Assembly: GCF_964204645.1 (NCBI RefSeq)
Contig: NC_134030.1
Coordinates: forward strand, 17,360,110 to 17,424,109
Reading direction: 5' to 3'
Length of the DNA: 64,000 nt
Origin: Tubulanus polymorphus
Taxonomy: Eukaryota; Animalia; Nemertea
The notes beneath the pieces were generated by a model. It was not told the origin of the DNA, did no database searches, and saw only the letters and a list, made by a program, of their open reading frames with translations. This document shows, piece after piece, positions 1 through 13,680 of this stretch (positions are counted from its first letter, which is position 1; each line of letters begins with the position of its first letter). A program made the position numbers and the translations under genes.

Positions 1-249
1 GGGCGGCCTAGTTCCTGAGGACCCTATTTTCTGCCAAGTAGTGCCAGCTCCTGAGGTCGATCCAGAAGATTTATCTAACTTCGGTGGCTGGAATTTGGCT
101 GGAATGTATAGACCGTATATAGGGCTCGGTCTCATGAGCAGTACAGGACCAAAAGGGGATTGCCAACTCGGCGATCGGGGTCACGGTTCTGATGGAAACG
201 GGCCGGTCGGACCAAGCTGAGAGATGGCCGCCCGAGGAATGCTTGATAG

Positions 250-561
250 CGAGAGAACGTGTCCGTGCACAAACCCAAGTAAAAACAAGAATGCCGGAAA
301 TTTGACTGAATATAATAATAGTCAAACGAATTTTATTTACCTTGATAAGTAATCTAAGCCTTCCAGTTAAAACACAGTCCAGTTCCTAACTCTAAGTTCC
401 TATTGTACTCTACTGCTGGTAACCCGTCCTGAATCAAGTCCCAATCAAGTTTTTATCAAGTATCTATCGAGTGTCTATCGAGTGTCTACTCTCCCAAGAC
501 TGCGAGTCCCTTTTATAGAAAGATCGGCATTTCTAGAATGCCGACTCTCCCACTCGACTTT
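250..561 (-). repeat. Fragment of family A LTR (distal TATA-R-U5 module)
   Basis: Reverse complement matches about 41980-42290 (gagagtcggcattctag, TATAAAAG, aaggtaaataaa, gcacggacacgttctctcgc). Confidence 0.85.
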
Positions 562-769
562 GACCCTCATTTGCCAACATCGACCGCCTCGGTATGTCGA
601 AAGACGGGGGCCCTGATGGCGAATGATTGGCCATCGTCGATCCTAGGACCAAAATGCTCGGTTGCTGACTCTCAGTTTGAGCTTCAACGTCAATAGCTAC
701 AATTTCGGGTACTGTTATAGTGTCGCATATATCTACCAGTGTTGTGAATCCGGGTTGGGTTCTCCAACT

Positions 770-1295
770 AGCGTTGTGGTAGTGATTCCTCTCGACGATG
801 TAGTGAGGGACACTCTCTTAGGTCGGATCTCAGTCCTTGGTCTTGACTTTCTTACAAGGCTCCTGGATATAACTTAACAATTTCTTAAGTTATCTATTCG
901 TTTATTTTCTCTTACCAGATTTTCACAAGATCATTCCCCGGAGCTCTCCCTAAAACCTCTCTATTTATATAACTTTCTCTTTTGTAACGTGTGCAGGTCC
1001 ACTTCCACACATGGCTTGTAATTCATGGCTTGTGACGTATTCATACGTCACAACATTCTTCCCATCCATCTATGAGCGATGACGTATCTGCACACGTCAC
1101 AATTTTCTTCAAATATATTTCTGCACCCAACAGAGTCCATGGCCGCACCATATTAGGTGTACCTACGTAGACTCTTACGTCACTTCCAGACTTGTTTATT
1201 TATATAATTTCTATTTATGTTTATGTATGACGTACATATCCACGCAGGTTGTCTCTGGTACTGCAACACTAGCCATGAACTCCACGTTCCGTACA
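770..1295 (-). repeat. LTR-like promoter module D (CRE-rich)
   Basis: Starts TGTACGG on the minus strand; several TGACGT/ACGTCA sites, then TATA and AATAAA. Homologous copies at 21910-22282, 25866-26482 and 29230-29580. Confidence 0.7.
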
Positions 1296-1313
1296 TTTAT
1301 CTAAACTACTAAA

Positions 1314-2700
1314 CTATCCGCACAACAGTGCAACTGATAACACCACGAGTTTCGCCACTTCTCTCAGTTCCACACTCAACGAACGATAATTTGCCACGAC
1401 GAGTGCTTTACTAGATACCGATAACATCAGCCTCATTTCAAACAGGCTTATCTTTAGAGGCACCGAGCATGATTTTGGTAAATTATGAACCGTCCCCTGT
1501 GAACAGGTCACTTGTTTTTCGTGCCAAGTTGAATTGAATCGGGCAACCCCACAAGTGACCTGTAAGGTGACTCTAGTAAGAGCTGGTGGCTCTAAATAAC
1601 ATTCAGATTTACATCCAAAGGTTATTCGAGCCTATGTATGAGCCCAGGGGGAGGCCTCGCGTGGATCCATCACGACTGCCGAACTATCGATTTATTGCGG
1701 TGCAAGATAACATTAAATTGAGCTTCAGTTTCAAATATATATATGTATTACAAACAGTAGATTTAACCGTCTCTCTAGATGCTTTTGGCATTTTAGTTTA
1801 ATCGGTTTTCCGCATGTTATTTTGAATTTATTTTTCGATTAAAAGTTGTAATCGAAATACACTCGTGAGAATGTCTCGTGAGAATGTATGGTCTCTCATC
1901 AGAAAATCAATAGTTCTTACTTACTTACGTTTAATCAAAGGGCGGGGGGTGTTAAAACCAATTAGACAGTTATTCCAATTGACGGAACTATTGAAATTTT
2001 TAGATGCCCCCTTACCAGGCGAGAATGCTGCTGTAAACAATGCCTGCATCTATAAAATAAAGCACGTAACAACGGCCGAAAAACAATTATCGAAATTCCA
2101 ACAACGATTAACAAAAACAGAACAACATCCACCCGAATCAAGTTTTTTTCAGCAATGACCACTTAGTAACTGAATTATTCCAACCTCCCGAACGTAGATT
2201 ATGAATAGAGGGGTAAACTGTTACCATGGCTAGAGTGGGTGGAAGAAATCCTGCTCCCAACATTGGTATTAACCCTTGAGATTTCAACAAAACAAATATC
2301 GACAGTAATATGCTACCTGCGGATAGACATATTGCCAGCCAAGTCATCTAACCAGTACCATCACCATTCGAAATGACTGGTTCCTGGTGACCAAATAATG
2401 CATCGGCTTGGGAACGGTAAAGTTTTGACTCTTGACTGACAGTTTGTGCCAGTTTCTTAAAATCCATGCTAAATTTAGAAACAACTGCCGCTAGGTTCAC
2501 AGCATGTGCAATAGTTACGGTGTCCTTTTTTCATACACGTATTAATTCGACCAGGGACATAGAACGTTGAGCCCCGCAATGCACAACCAATTTTAATTAA
2601 GCAGAGACGACATGCTGGAATCGCTTGTAGTTATTTGCCGGGGCATGCGAGGGTCGTGATATTCAGCAGATTCGGATCCGATCGTTGATTTACAACCATG
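1314..2700 (-). pseudogene. env: Decayed env-like membrane protein gene (C-terminal part) of a Gypsy-type element
   Basis: Lies downstream of RNase H. Reads KFSMDFKKLAQTVSQESKLYRSQADAL, then hydrophobic segments WLAICLSAGSILLSIFVLL and VVLFLLIVVGISIIVF, with stops and frameshifts. Similar peptide at 40034-40300. Confidence 0.55.
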
Positions 2701-2731
2701 TCGTTTGGCATCGGATCTTGATTTTCGGCTT

Positions 2732-3958
2732 CTACCGTGCATGTCTCAATCGTGTCCTCTTCCATCTGGGTCTCAGGATACGGTCTCCATCATTGCCATG
2801 CGATTTCCCCGGACGAAGAGAGACAGAATAATCGAACTGTTCAAGATAAAGCGCTATGCAACCCAAACGACCCGACAAATTCTCCATTGACTTTAGATAT
2901 TGGAGACAGCTATGGTCAGTTATTATCTCAACGTGATATCCCCTCAGATATGTTTCGAATTTCCGAACCCCTGCGGCTACTGCGAGAAGTTCACGGTCCG
3001 TGGTGAAGGAATTCTTTCGGTTTTTGATAACCCACGCCCTGCATATGCGATTGATCTCTCCATGCCCGCCTGAACTTGTGCTAATACCATACCAATGCCG
3101 TCCGTATATAGTAGCATATAGAAGCATCCGTATATAGTAGAAATGGAGCTACTCCATTGATGGGATAGGCCAGAATAGGAACTTTGAGCATTGCTTGTTT
3201 CAACGTATCAAACGCTCGTTGATCAGCAGCATCCAATTTACATGGAACACTTTTGGAGCGGCGCGGCTTTAGTTCTATACCCCTTACAAAATCGCCTATA
3301 TTAATTGGAAAACCAAAGAAAGCTTCGCAGTTGTTTGAGAATGGTTGGATGGGTCCGTTCTGGACCGCCATTATCTTCTCGGGGTCGGTAGCAATGCCGT
3401 CTTTCGATAAACGGTGACCTAAAACGTTGATTTCCTTGAGTGCAAAGTAGCATTTCTCAGGGTTCAGACGAAGCCCTGACACTCGCAAACGACCGAAAAT
3501 TCGCGGCAAATGTGTGAGTCGAACGAGTCTGAATAGAAAATAATATCATCTAGGTATACAAGACAAAACTTCCCGATCAAATTTCTAAGAAGCCCACCCG
3601 TAAGTCTTAGAAAAGGTCGATGTAGCTGATACCTTGACCTCTAGCAGACCAGTTTGAGTTATAAATGCGGTCTTTTCTCTCCTTGCTTCACCTATACCAA
3701 CCTGCAAATAACCGCCCAAAGGGGTCGAGTGAGCTTAAATATCTCAGTGATGCCTGTCCAACTTGAGCTGATAAATCGTCAATCCTCGGCAAGGGAAAAG
3801 AATCAGTCCGGGTGACAGCATTGCATCTCCTCTAATCTACACAAAACCACCATTTGACCTCGTCGTTTCGGCTCTTTTTCTGGACTAACACCACTGGAGC
3901 AGTCCAAGGGCTCGTACGATATTGAACAATTCCGTTGTCCAACAGTACTTTGATGTAA
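2732..3958 (-). pseudogene. pol: Ty3/Gypsy reverse transcriptase-RNase H remnant
   Basis: SPWTAPVVLV, FPLPRIDD, YLDD (about 3545-3556), LNPEKCYF, LYTDAS, ELLAV, IITDH. Many frameshifts; no integrase seen. Confidence 0.9.
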
Positions 3959-4125
3959 TGCGCTCATGGGACATCCCTGTCTTACGCCTCTTTCTAGAGT
4001 AAATGGTTTCGTTAGGAAGCCGTTGCTTTTAATCTTGGATTTTACGTCTGAATAACAGGTTTTGATATATTGGGTTAGATTCTCTCCAAAGCCAAAGGAT
4101 TCTAAAGTCTTGAACATATAATTAC
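3959..4125 (-). pseudogene. Non-LTR (L1/Tx1-like) RT fragment
   Basis: LESFGFGENLTQYIKTCY...FTLERGVRQGCPMS is the LINE RT domain 3-4 signature. Confidence 0.8.
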
Positions 4126-5460
4126 AGTTAAAAAAAATTTCTATCCTCTGGACGCCTCTGATATCTTTGGTGCACTTGCCAGGTGTAACCGCACTAGTCA
4201 ATTAAATGAATTACGCCACCGTGCGGGCATGAGTCCGAAACGACAAAAGATAAACAGTAATTAGTATATATATATAGTCACAAAGTCACAAATTATTGCA
4301 ATTTTATAAGAAATAAAATGGGCCATTTTCGAAAGTTAAAAAAATAATTAAAATTAAATTCAAAATCAAATAAAAGTCTTTTCAAAAGTTCTTATAACAA
4401 AACTTAGCGTTAACGCAATCGTTGCCGCTCCTCGCAATTTGTTCGCTGTGGTTCCTAGTTATTGTATCTCGCTGTGGTTCCAGTGAATGGCGTCAATGAT
4501 CCCAAAATTTGATGATCTATGCAGAAATACCAAGAACGCTGTCCTATGCGTTCCCGAAAAAGCACGACAGCTGACTGTTGTTGATTGTGGAATGTAACAG
4601 TTAAACGACTCCCGTAAAGTCCACGAGTGGTTCGCAAAAAATACGCTAAAATATAATTTTTCTCCTTTATTAAGTTTAATCGCCAAGCTGGCTTGTGTTG
4701 ACGAAAATGACATTAATAATCCACTAGTAAAAGTGTTCTAAAAACGTCTTCTTATAAATCTCGACACAACTCCAATAGTTAATGAACTAATAGTCCCGCT
4801 GGAATTTCGCCAACGGAAAGCGAACTGATAACGTGACGATTTTATCAACTGTCACTAATATGAATTTCTTTTAAAAATACCGAATAAATAGCATAAAATC
4901 TTACTAGTCGTAAGTTTCAAAAGAAACCAGAGAGCTCGGGTTGAGCTTCCTCCTAATCCGAAATTCCAGAAACAACTCCCCAAAAACTAAATGCACACAC
5001 CCCACTTCCTGCAGGGGCTCCCAAAAAAATAATCTCTCAAAGAACTCATTGAAAAACGAAAATTAAACTATATAACCCCTAAATTGACGAAAAAGAACTT
5101 ACCCAAAAGAAAACTAATGCATAAAATCTCCACAATATAAATTTGAAATCCAATCATTCATCTTCTATTTTGGAAACGAATTCTTTGAGAGATTAAAAAT
5201 GATCAAAATTTGTGTGAACCCCACAGCTTCCGGTTAGAATTGCATCAGCAGATACGTGTCCAATTCACTACCAACTAAATGAGTCAACGACCTCATGAAA
5301 CTAGCATAAATTAAACTGGTGAACTAACTTCACTACGGTCTGCTGAAAGGTCGACAAGGACGAACCAAAACATTAACGCTACAGTTTAAAATCTAACTTT
5401 CAATAATAACCAAAAAAAACATAAAGTAAATCATAATGATATCGAGGACTGAAAAACGGA

Positions 5461-6133
5461 CTACAGGCGGCTCCAACGGAAATAAGGGACTTCAAACTGG
5501 TTAACCGAGGGGGCAGTTTTCCTCTTGTTTTCTATGTGTTCCGCCATCCTACCGGCCTCCCTAAAAGTTGCGGGCTGCTGGGCATGCAGATTTCTGGCTT
5601 TAAGTTGTTTATGAACGACATTTTCTTTTGATGATCCGAAAACTTTAAGCCAGAGGCCATCCAATCGATATCCTCGGCGAACTGGTCAATCGGTTGCCCC
5701 TCTCCCTGTTTCATAGTCGTCAGGGCAGATTCCTTGACTAAAGTTTACGACGTGAGGCTTAAATTTTTTTTATTAAAACCTCCACGGTGTTATCCCATGG
5801 GGTCATTATACGTTCACCAGCTGCATCGATCTCTTGGTCGATATGCATATCGTTAAAAAGGACCAAAGCTGGTCCCGACGGAAACCAGAAAATATGTTTC
5901 TTTTTATCCTCAGTGGTCCAGCCTTTGAGGTCGGCGAGCCTATCGAATACCCTAAACCATTCCTCTACATTTTGATTATCCCGCCCTGTGAATTTTGGAA
6001 GCAGGCTATAATTGACAAATGCTGCTGCTGAGCCCATCTGCTCCTGAAGCCCGGTCAGCGCCCGCGTGTCTTTGCTGACTGAACTATCAGCCTCCGTACC
6101 CGGATCCCCGTGGGCCCGACTTCGAGTCGTCAT
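5461..6133 (-). pseudogene. gag: Gypsy gag remnant (family B, homologous to family A gag)
   Basis: LPKFTGRDNQNVEEWFRVFDRLADLKGW and MKQGEGQPIDQFAEDI align with 44442-45539; frameshifted. Confidence 0.85.
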
Positions 6134-6606
6134 TATAAAAAAATTTCGTTTCCAATTTCAATTACTATTATTATTAATTCAAATATTATTATTACTCTTA
6201 TTATTAATATTATTATTATTCCTAATATTCTTATGACTTATGTCAAGGTTAAAGATCTATCGAAAGATTATCGCATAAAACCTAGAGCTTTACGCCCACG
6301 AGGGGTCTTTGAACGCTTTACCCACCACTTCCGCGGTTTCTAAAAGGCAATTTCGAGGGTGCCTTAATTTTGGCCCATTAGCATTTACGATAAATAAAAA
6401 CGTATCGTTGTCACTGGATGTTGCTGCCCAATGGATACCGTGTAAGCCATCTGTAAATACTTCTAAGAGAAAATCATAGGTTTCTTCGGCCTCAATGGCT
6501 TCTTCATCCATAATTCAGAAATTTGACTATATCGTATTATCGTATTAGAATGAAATTTAGCGTGTTATTTAAATTGGAATTTGAATTAGTTAAATTTTAC
6601 TGGAGT

Positions 6607-6624
6607 TCCCGGGTCTCGGCACTA
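6607..6624 (-). promoter_or_regulatory. Primer-binding site, tRNA-Phe
   Basis: TAGTGCCGAGACCCGGGA, 16/18 match to TGGTGCCGAAACCCGGGA, 3 nt after the LTR end. Confidence 0.8.
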
Positions 6625-6627
6625 ATA

Positions 6628-7304
6628 TGTTTCGCGGTCCCTTTCTCCCCTGTCGTTCTTCTCTATTGCAAACTCCGGTCCCTGGCGAGAATGTCAACCA
6701 CGAACACAGAAAACCGAAAAGCAAAGAATAAAAAGGAACTCCGGATTTCAATATGATGATACTCAACTTTTATTCCAACAATTAAAACTTAACTTTAATT
6801 TCAATAATTAGTAAAATTCCCTACCTTTAAATTTTGAATTTCGTTGTAAATCCCACACACAAGAAGATACGATTTAACCTGATAGCCGAAAGTTATCCGT
6901 TTTATAATCTTCCTAAGTTCCCCAAATGTGCTTTCTAAAATAGCTGCTCTCTCTCGAGGTGCGGCCCCTTTTTATACGGCTGAGTCCACACCCAAGAAAA
7001 ATTCAGAACCCGGCTTGCTGCCAGCCGTAAAAGGGAACGAGCAACCAACGCAGCACCACGACGCAGAGCTGGGGTCCTGATTCTTAGACTTTTTATTCGC
7101 TGCTTACTTTAACCCAACCCTCGACGTAATGATACTTGCCGGTCTGCTTAAATTCTCAACCGCACCGAGCAGATTATATACTGCTCTACCAACCCTCGAA
7201 TTCATTTATTTTTAAACTTATTCAATGATCACAATTCCCATTATGAACGGTATCTAACTTTGTCGAAACGGTAACATATAATATAAGCCGAAATATCATC
7301 TTTC
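6628..7304 (-). repeat. 5' LTR of family B element (outer boundary uncertain)
   Basis: Ends in AACA before the PBS; has TATA (gtataaaaagggg). A second copy is split at 41020-41074 plus 50256-50878. Confidence 0.8.
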
Positions 7305-7730
7305 AACGCGTTCTCAAATGTTTTGATACTTTCTCAGTTTGTATCAAAAATATTGCCGATTTTTGGTCCTTAAGTCCTGAAAAATGATAAATTTACAGTG
7401 TAAAATCGTACAAACGTGTCATCTATACCTCAAAACACTTTATTTCCTGACCAATTTATGATGTTATGTGTGGGCCATAGACCTCAATATCTGCCTGTGA
7501 TCTCAACTTTCAATTAAGATTACGTAAGCTACTCGTGCCCAAAACGCGGCAGGCGCACAATAGAAAGTTACGCGCAGGGTACTTTTATTGTCGCCGACAT
7601 AGAGGACCGATATTTTGCTAATTGGATTCGGGAGGTTTAAACCTCCCAAGGTCAATTTACTAAAATTGTGACCTTCAGGGAGATTCTACGAAAGGCCGAT
7701 CGTTATCAATTTTGGTTGAACTTGATACCA
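7305..7730. repeat. About 430-bp repeat with an inverted partner at 13255-13680
   Basis: Colinear reverse-complement similarity, roughly 80% by eye, including the palindrome gggaggtttaaacctccc. Confidence 0.8.
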
Positions 7731-10700
7731 TAATGCTCGCTGGTTTTAATGTCAAACCATGTAGTCCATATTTGGTAAGTTGTAAATTATGTAAAACCGA
7801 AAGAAAAACCAATTATTGGATCGAGTTTTTCCTAATTACACGAATTACGTGAAATATCTAATAAATGAAATAAATGTATACACAATACCAATAAGAACAA
7901 CCTGATTTGATTCTGTTCAGAATTCATTCCTATATTTTCGTCATAAAAATCGGAGGCAGTATTTCTCATTGATTTTTTCAATAGCGTCATTTCAGCCATG
8001 GACTGTAAAAAAACGTTACTGATTCCGTGGTTAAGCTCGTTTTCGAGTAAAATATTGCATTTGATTCATTTCTCGTTGTGGTTTTGTCAAAGCTATATTT
8101 TCACAGTCCGATCAGTGATACAAATAGCTAGTCAGTTACCAACGGTATAGCCAATAGTCTACAGAACCACCCGAACAGCGAAAATTAGCAAATTGTACCA
8201 GTGATACCAGTTTTTGTCATGATTTTATCGAACATGTCATTCAATAATCGATGTGATCGGGTAAAAACTCGCCCCGTAAAGGTCCCTTTCAGTAAAAATC
8301 CCCTTGTTAAATATACCCCAAGGTAAAGGCCCCAGGTAAAAAACCCGAATAAAGATTTTTCAGTGTCTAGTTGGATGTTCTTTTCTTGTTCCTCTGTATA
8401 CCTGTATACCTTCTCTATCAGATAGAAATGTTGTTAACTGCAACTATCCGTTAATCAAACTGTTGAATTATTTTTGATAATCGGGAGTGATGAAAAGTTA
8501 GGAATGAAAATTAACGGTTTAGCTACTTATATATAGTTTAAAATCATGTGCTCTGCTTTAACAAATGCACTGTTTTATCTAAAAATATTATCTGACCCGA
8601 GTGCCTCAATCACAGTCCATCTCACTGATTACTTCATCACAAATAATCACCAGCCATTGAAATGTTTAATCCTCATACAATACAATACAATTATCTCAAA
8701 TCTAAATTTCATGAGATAAATGCCCCTAGATTTCATAGGTTTTATTCCAACTGTTGCGACAGTCATATCAAAACTGGACCATTCATATCAATAGACGTTA
8801 AACTGGACTGTTAATATATGAAAAGTCTTTAAGGCCATATCATATATCTGAAGTGCGCTATGTTTTGCCTTGCAGTAATAATTTGATTTGTCACATGATT
8901 ACTCCATATCTTCATATAATTTCCAAATAAACGAATACATTTCCATTGTTATGTTAAATGACATCAGCAAAAGCAAATAGACACAAACTACTACACTACT
9001 GTGTTTAGGATGGTTTAAGAGATTGGACGCCGATTGATACGAAAAGTAGATTTCATGCAATCATTTTCTTTCTTTAAAATCGTTGCGAATTAACGCGCGA
9101 GTGTTCGACTCTGGACGAACGGTTAATAGAATTTTATCGGGTTAGTCTTTCTATAGCCGACTAGCTATTGAATACCAGTGATTAAGCCATAAGTAAATAA
9201 AGAAGTTACTTGGGATGTTTAATCAATTGATGACAATGTACAAGTAAAACTAGGCCTATGAGACACCCGTAATGTAAAATGATATCATGCAAGATATTCA
9301 TATAAGCGTATTTTAGTCCTGATTTGAATGAATGTACCCACATTTTAGGCAATGAATCGAGACTTGGTTTTATCCCATAGCGTCAGCGCTAGTACATGCT
9401 TGAGATGAGATTGTTGGTTTATATTTTGAACTCTGTAAAGAAGTTTTGTACATTTAAGCGTGAATGACGCACTGTGATGAACTATGTACGAAATAACATA
9501 TTAAATTCAATGAAAGAATCTTAATGTTCCAAAAGGAATATAAGTGTAGTTAAGATTAATAGTTGTTTTTTTTTCTTAATGAAAACCGATGATATAAAAT
9601 AATTTAGCTTATTATCCCCAAAGTAAAAATCCCCCGGTAAAATATTCCCAATATTTGATTTAACTAACATAAAATCAACACAATTTATTATGTTCAAAAA
9701 AACTCAACTCATAGATTCAAGATTTTATTGCACTTCTTTTAACTGAAGATGATAGTAATGATGTATAGATGTATAATATGATGAACGAACGTTTGATGAG
9801 GAATAACTACTGTGGTTAGATACAATTCTCATTCTTAGGATACGAATCGGTTGATTGAATTCGGTCGTTGAAACTACTGGCTAATTTACAGTGGTCACTA
9901 TTGAAACGATTAATTGAAGTGCCCTTGAAATCAAGATAGATTCCTGTTGCGTAAATTAACTAATTTTTAAGCGACCACCTTCTATTGTCGGTATTCGGTT
10001 AGCTCTTGGTTAGCCAGAGGTTTTACCATACAGACTCGGACTAGATGATTGAATTAAATCTTTGAATCAAAATATTGTCACTGGAGTAAATATATATTCC
10101 TTATTACACTTTCAGCAGTGATCATATTTTACATGTAAATTGAAGGTATTACTGTCATCTAAAGTTAATAAGGGATTAGAATCGCAAAATTTAAGTTGTT
10201 CAAAACCAACATGAAAATGAGAAGAAAATACACAATATCCGTGTATGGTGAATAACGAGACAAATCCCACAATGAATTCAGCTAAAAATCAAATGTTCTA
10301 CGAGCAATGTTTCGGCTAATGCTATTAGCCATCATCAGGCCCCCGTCAACATGAAAATATTGATACGTAAATCGAATCCATATCATAAGCATACTATACC
10401 ACAAGTTAAAAAGAGTTATTTAGTTCGAATTAAAATATAGTATGAATAAGAATATGAAAAGATAGTATGAATAAAAAGTTCATTAATTTCATTTATTCTA
10501 TGAATTTATTTAAAGATTTATTTCATCAAAAGAGATCAATGCACAGTTAAATATATTGCAGTTGTATTGTGGATGAATATGTTTGAATAAATATCGTGCT
10601 TTCAAATGTTCTTGAAAAATCGCCAAGTGAGGATTTTACCTAGATTTTACCCCAGGCCCTAAATCCAGTAGGTTTATGGCGAAAGGTTAAGATTAGGAAT

Positions 10701-13254
10701 GTATTAGCAATATGATTTTTTGAAACAGTATTTTGTCTCCCGATGATTTGATTTGCAGGTCAGACTTATTGTTGACCAAAGTTCTTAAAGTGAATCGCTT
10801 TAAAGTAATAAATATCAATGAAACAATATCATAAATTTTGAAGTGAGTTATTTTGTAATAATCCAATTTAAGTGCACTCCGATGCATGCTAAATTCTTAT
10901 AAATTCATTTATAAATTCAATTTATACATTTTCCCTCCTCACTTGTAATTATATATTAGTTTTACTAATGAACATAACAGTGACTTGTGCCTAATGTCAA
11001 TAAGCAGCGATTGGGTGCCGCCTTTCTGTGTTAATCTATCACGAAAGATTTAACTCGATTAGAGCCGCTGAATACGTATTTCTTTGCAGCCTAGAGTTTA
11101 TGCATACATGTTCTAAATCAAGACAATATGCTCTATATCAGAGCCTATACTAAAGCATGCACTCATAATTCGTTGAAGAGTCCGAGGCTTAATTGTGAGA
11201 GTTGTTATACAATGAGTAATTAAATGGTGGGATTACAATGGGAGAGATCATTTCATCAGCCACATCGTTGCCCCAGGGAGTTAGTTATATTCGTTATAGC
11301 CAAAATACCTTGACCATGGACTCTAAAACGTCCATGACTTGACAGAATATAGAAATTTGCCCAGAAAAAGTTATGCATATTCCAACAAAAAAAGAATCAA
11401 TAAAGACTTATATTACTTGAATTTAAATGAAGAGACGAGTAGTACTTTAAAGGTTAACTATTTATTTCGACGCACGAGCTTTCGCTTCTGATGTATAGAA
11501 GCTTCAATGAGTGAATTATTAGAATTGGTACATTTAGTAAATTCCGGAAACAAAACCTAGTCTTAAGAACTACCATTAACCAAGTTTCAAAGAATTTTGT
11601 TCCCTTATGATATTGAATGGTGTGAAATTGAAGTGTCCCTAATGATATATCTTTATGTAAGTTCAACTAACTTACCCAGTTAGTGATGATAGTTGAATAA
11701 TTAACAAAATAATGGTTGGAATATCGTTTAGGACAAATTAGGATTTTACCGGATAAGTTTTTTCCTAATAGGCTACCTTTTTGAAGAGCATGTATCCTGA
11801 GATACGTATACAAAAATTCGTTTGACGCTAAATGCAGAGTTTTCACGGTAGAATATATTTGGACATCAATTAATCACGTGAAGGAGATGAAATGACAATT
11901 TGTCACTGCTGAGCTTATTTTCCTTCACTGAACTTTTTCTAAGTTTTTTCAATATTCTCTAATCCGACATTATATACGCTGCGTACTAACTGTACACAAT
12001 TTCGGGTTTGGGTTGTTTTTGGAAAAAACAGATTCCCAGAAAATTGTAATTTTTGGGTTCTTGAAAACGGTCAATATGTTATAGCAGGTTAATGTATAAA
12101 CCGCATAGAATAGCTACAATAAACAAAATGTATCCAGGAAAATATATATTTCAGAACACGATCGATTTCACTGAATTTAGCCTCATCATGTAGGATAAAA
12201 TGAACTTCTGTTGATATTGCGATTGTGCTGTCGTTAGCTGTCGCATAGCTTATTCGAATCGCTATCGAAAGTAACAAAACAATGGTCACATGTGTCAATG
12301 AACTTATCGCTATTCGAAGTAATGGGCGTATTGAAAAATTTCTCAAGCACTTCGAATTTCCGATTGCTTAATCGCCAAATTTGCATTCGAAATATTAAGC
12401 CAATCTATTCTAATTCATACCTGGTCGTGTTATAAGCAATTCAAGCGTTTAGTTTGTACTTTAAAATAGAATGAAATAGATTTATTGATGAAATACAAAA
12501 CAAGTCAAACAAACTCAACTAACTGACTACTGCTGAGTTATATATATTTGATGAAAGAACATATTCTAGTTACTGACATTGGCTCGCACCTTGATTATTG
12601 TCTAAGTTGTACTATAACTTACATGCCAATGGATGTTTGCATGCGCCTCTCTGATTGGCTAGAATCCTTGCATTCGATAGAAACTGCCGGCATCAGTGAA
12701 CTAACGGGGAAATTAGAATTGTATGTTTGACCACGGATTCTTCTTTATTGAGTCCATGGTTTTGGCTCTGGTTTTATCGTGAGTTTGATTAACGTACATT
12801 GTAGAGAACAATGGTGGGGATTCGAATAACGTGCATCCTTTATTCAGAAAGAGTATCATTACGTATATACATATAGAAATTAATACAATAACTTTAATCA
12901 GAATTATCTCATCACGCAGAACCAGTGAAATAGCCGTTGTAAAGCCGCAAAGTAAATTGAATGAAATTGACATAATGTCAACGTCTTACGGTCAACAAAT
13001 GAAACATATAGTACAATAATGAACGAATCAATGAGTAGTGCTCACGCATTTGTTTCCATTTCATAAGAATCAATTCCAAACAGATGAATCAGATTCGAAT
13101 TTTTGCTTCTTCGTTATGCAAAGTTTTTTTTTTATACCAGGGACTCTTAAACGATTTAGGTTTTAGAGTCCATGGTTATATGAATATCTTATGATTTCTC
13201 AACTTTCATCAAATACTTAGGAATGCCATTGAAAGATTTTCAACCATTAAACGT

Positions 13255-13680
13255 TTGGGTAAAAAGTTCTGCTAAATTTGATTACCATCGGCTATTTAGA
13301 TAATCTCCACGAAGGTCACAATTTTAGTGATTTGACCTTGGGAGGTTTAAACCTCCCGAATCCAATTTGCGAAATATCGGTCCTCTTTGTCGGCGGTAAT
13401 GAAAGAATACATAGAGCGAAGTTTCTATTGTGCGCCGGCCGCATTTTGTTCACGAATAGCTTACGTAATAAATTGAAAGTCGAGATCACAGGCGGATATA
13501 GCGCTCTATGGCCCACGCTCAATTCATAAACTGGTCCGCAAATAAAGTGTTTAGAAGTATAATTGACACGTTTGTACGATTTTGCGCTGTAAATTTATCA
13601 TTTTTCAGGACTCAATGACCAGAAATTGGCAATATTTTTGATACAAACTGAGAAAGTATCAAAACATTTGGGAACGTGTT
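13255..13680. repeat. Inverted copy of 7305-7730
   Basis: For example gatacaaactgagaaagtatcaaaacatttg is the reverse complement of 7316-7346. Confidence 0.8.

Noticed and set aside
8270-10660. Possible decayed DNA transposase between ggtaaaa-type subterminal repeats
   Set aside because: No catalytic motif or ORF could be recovered by eye.
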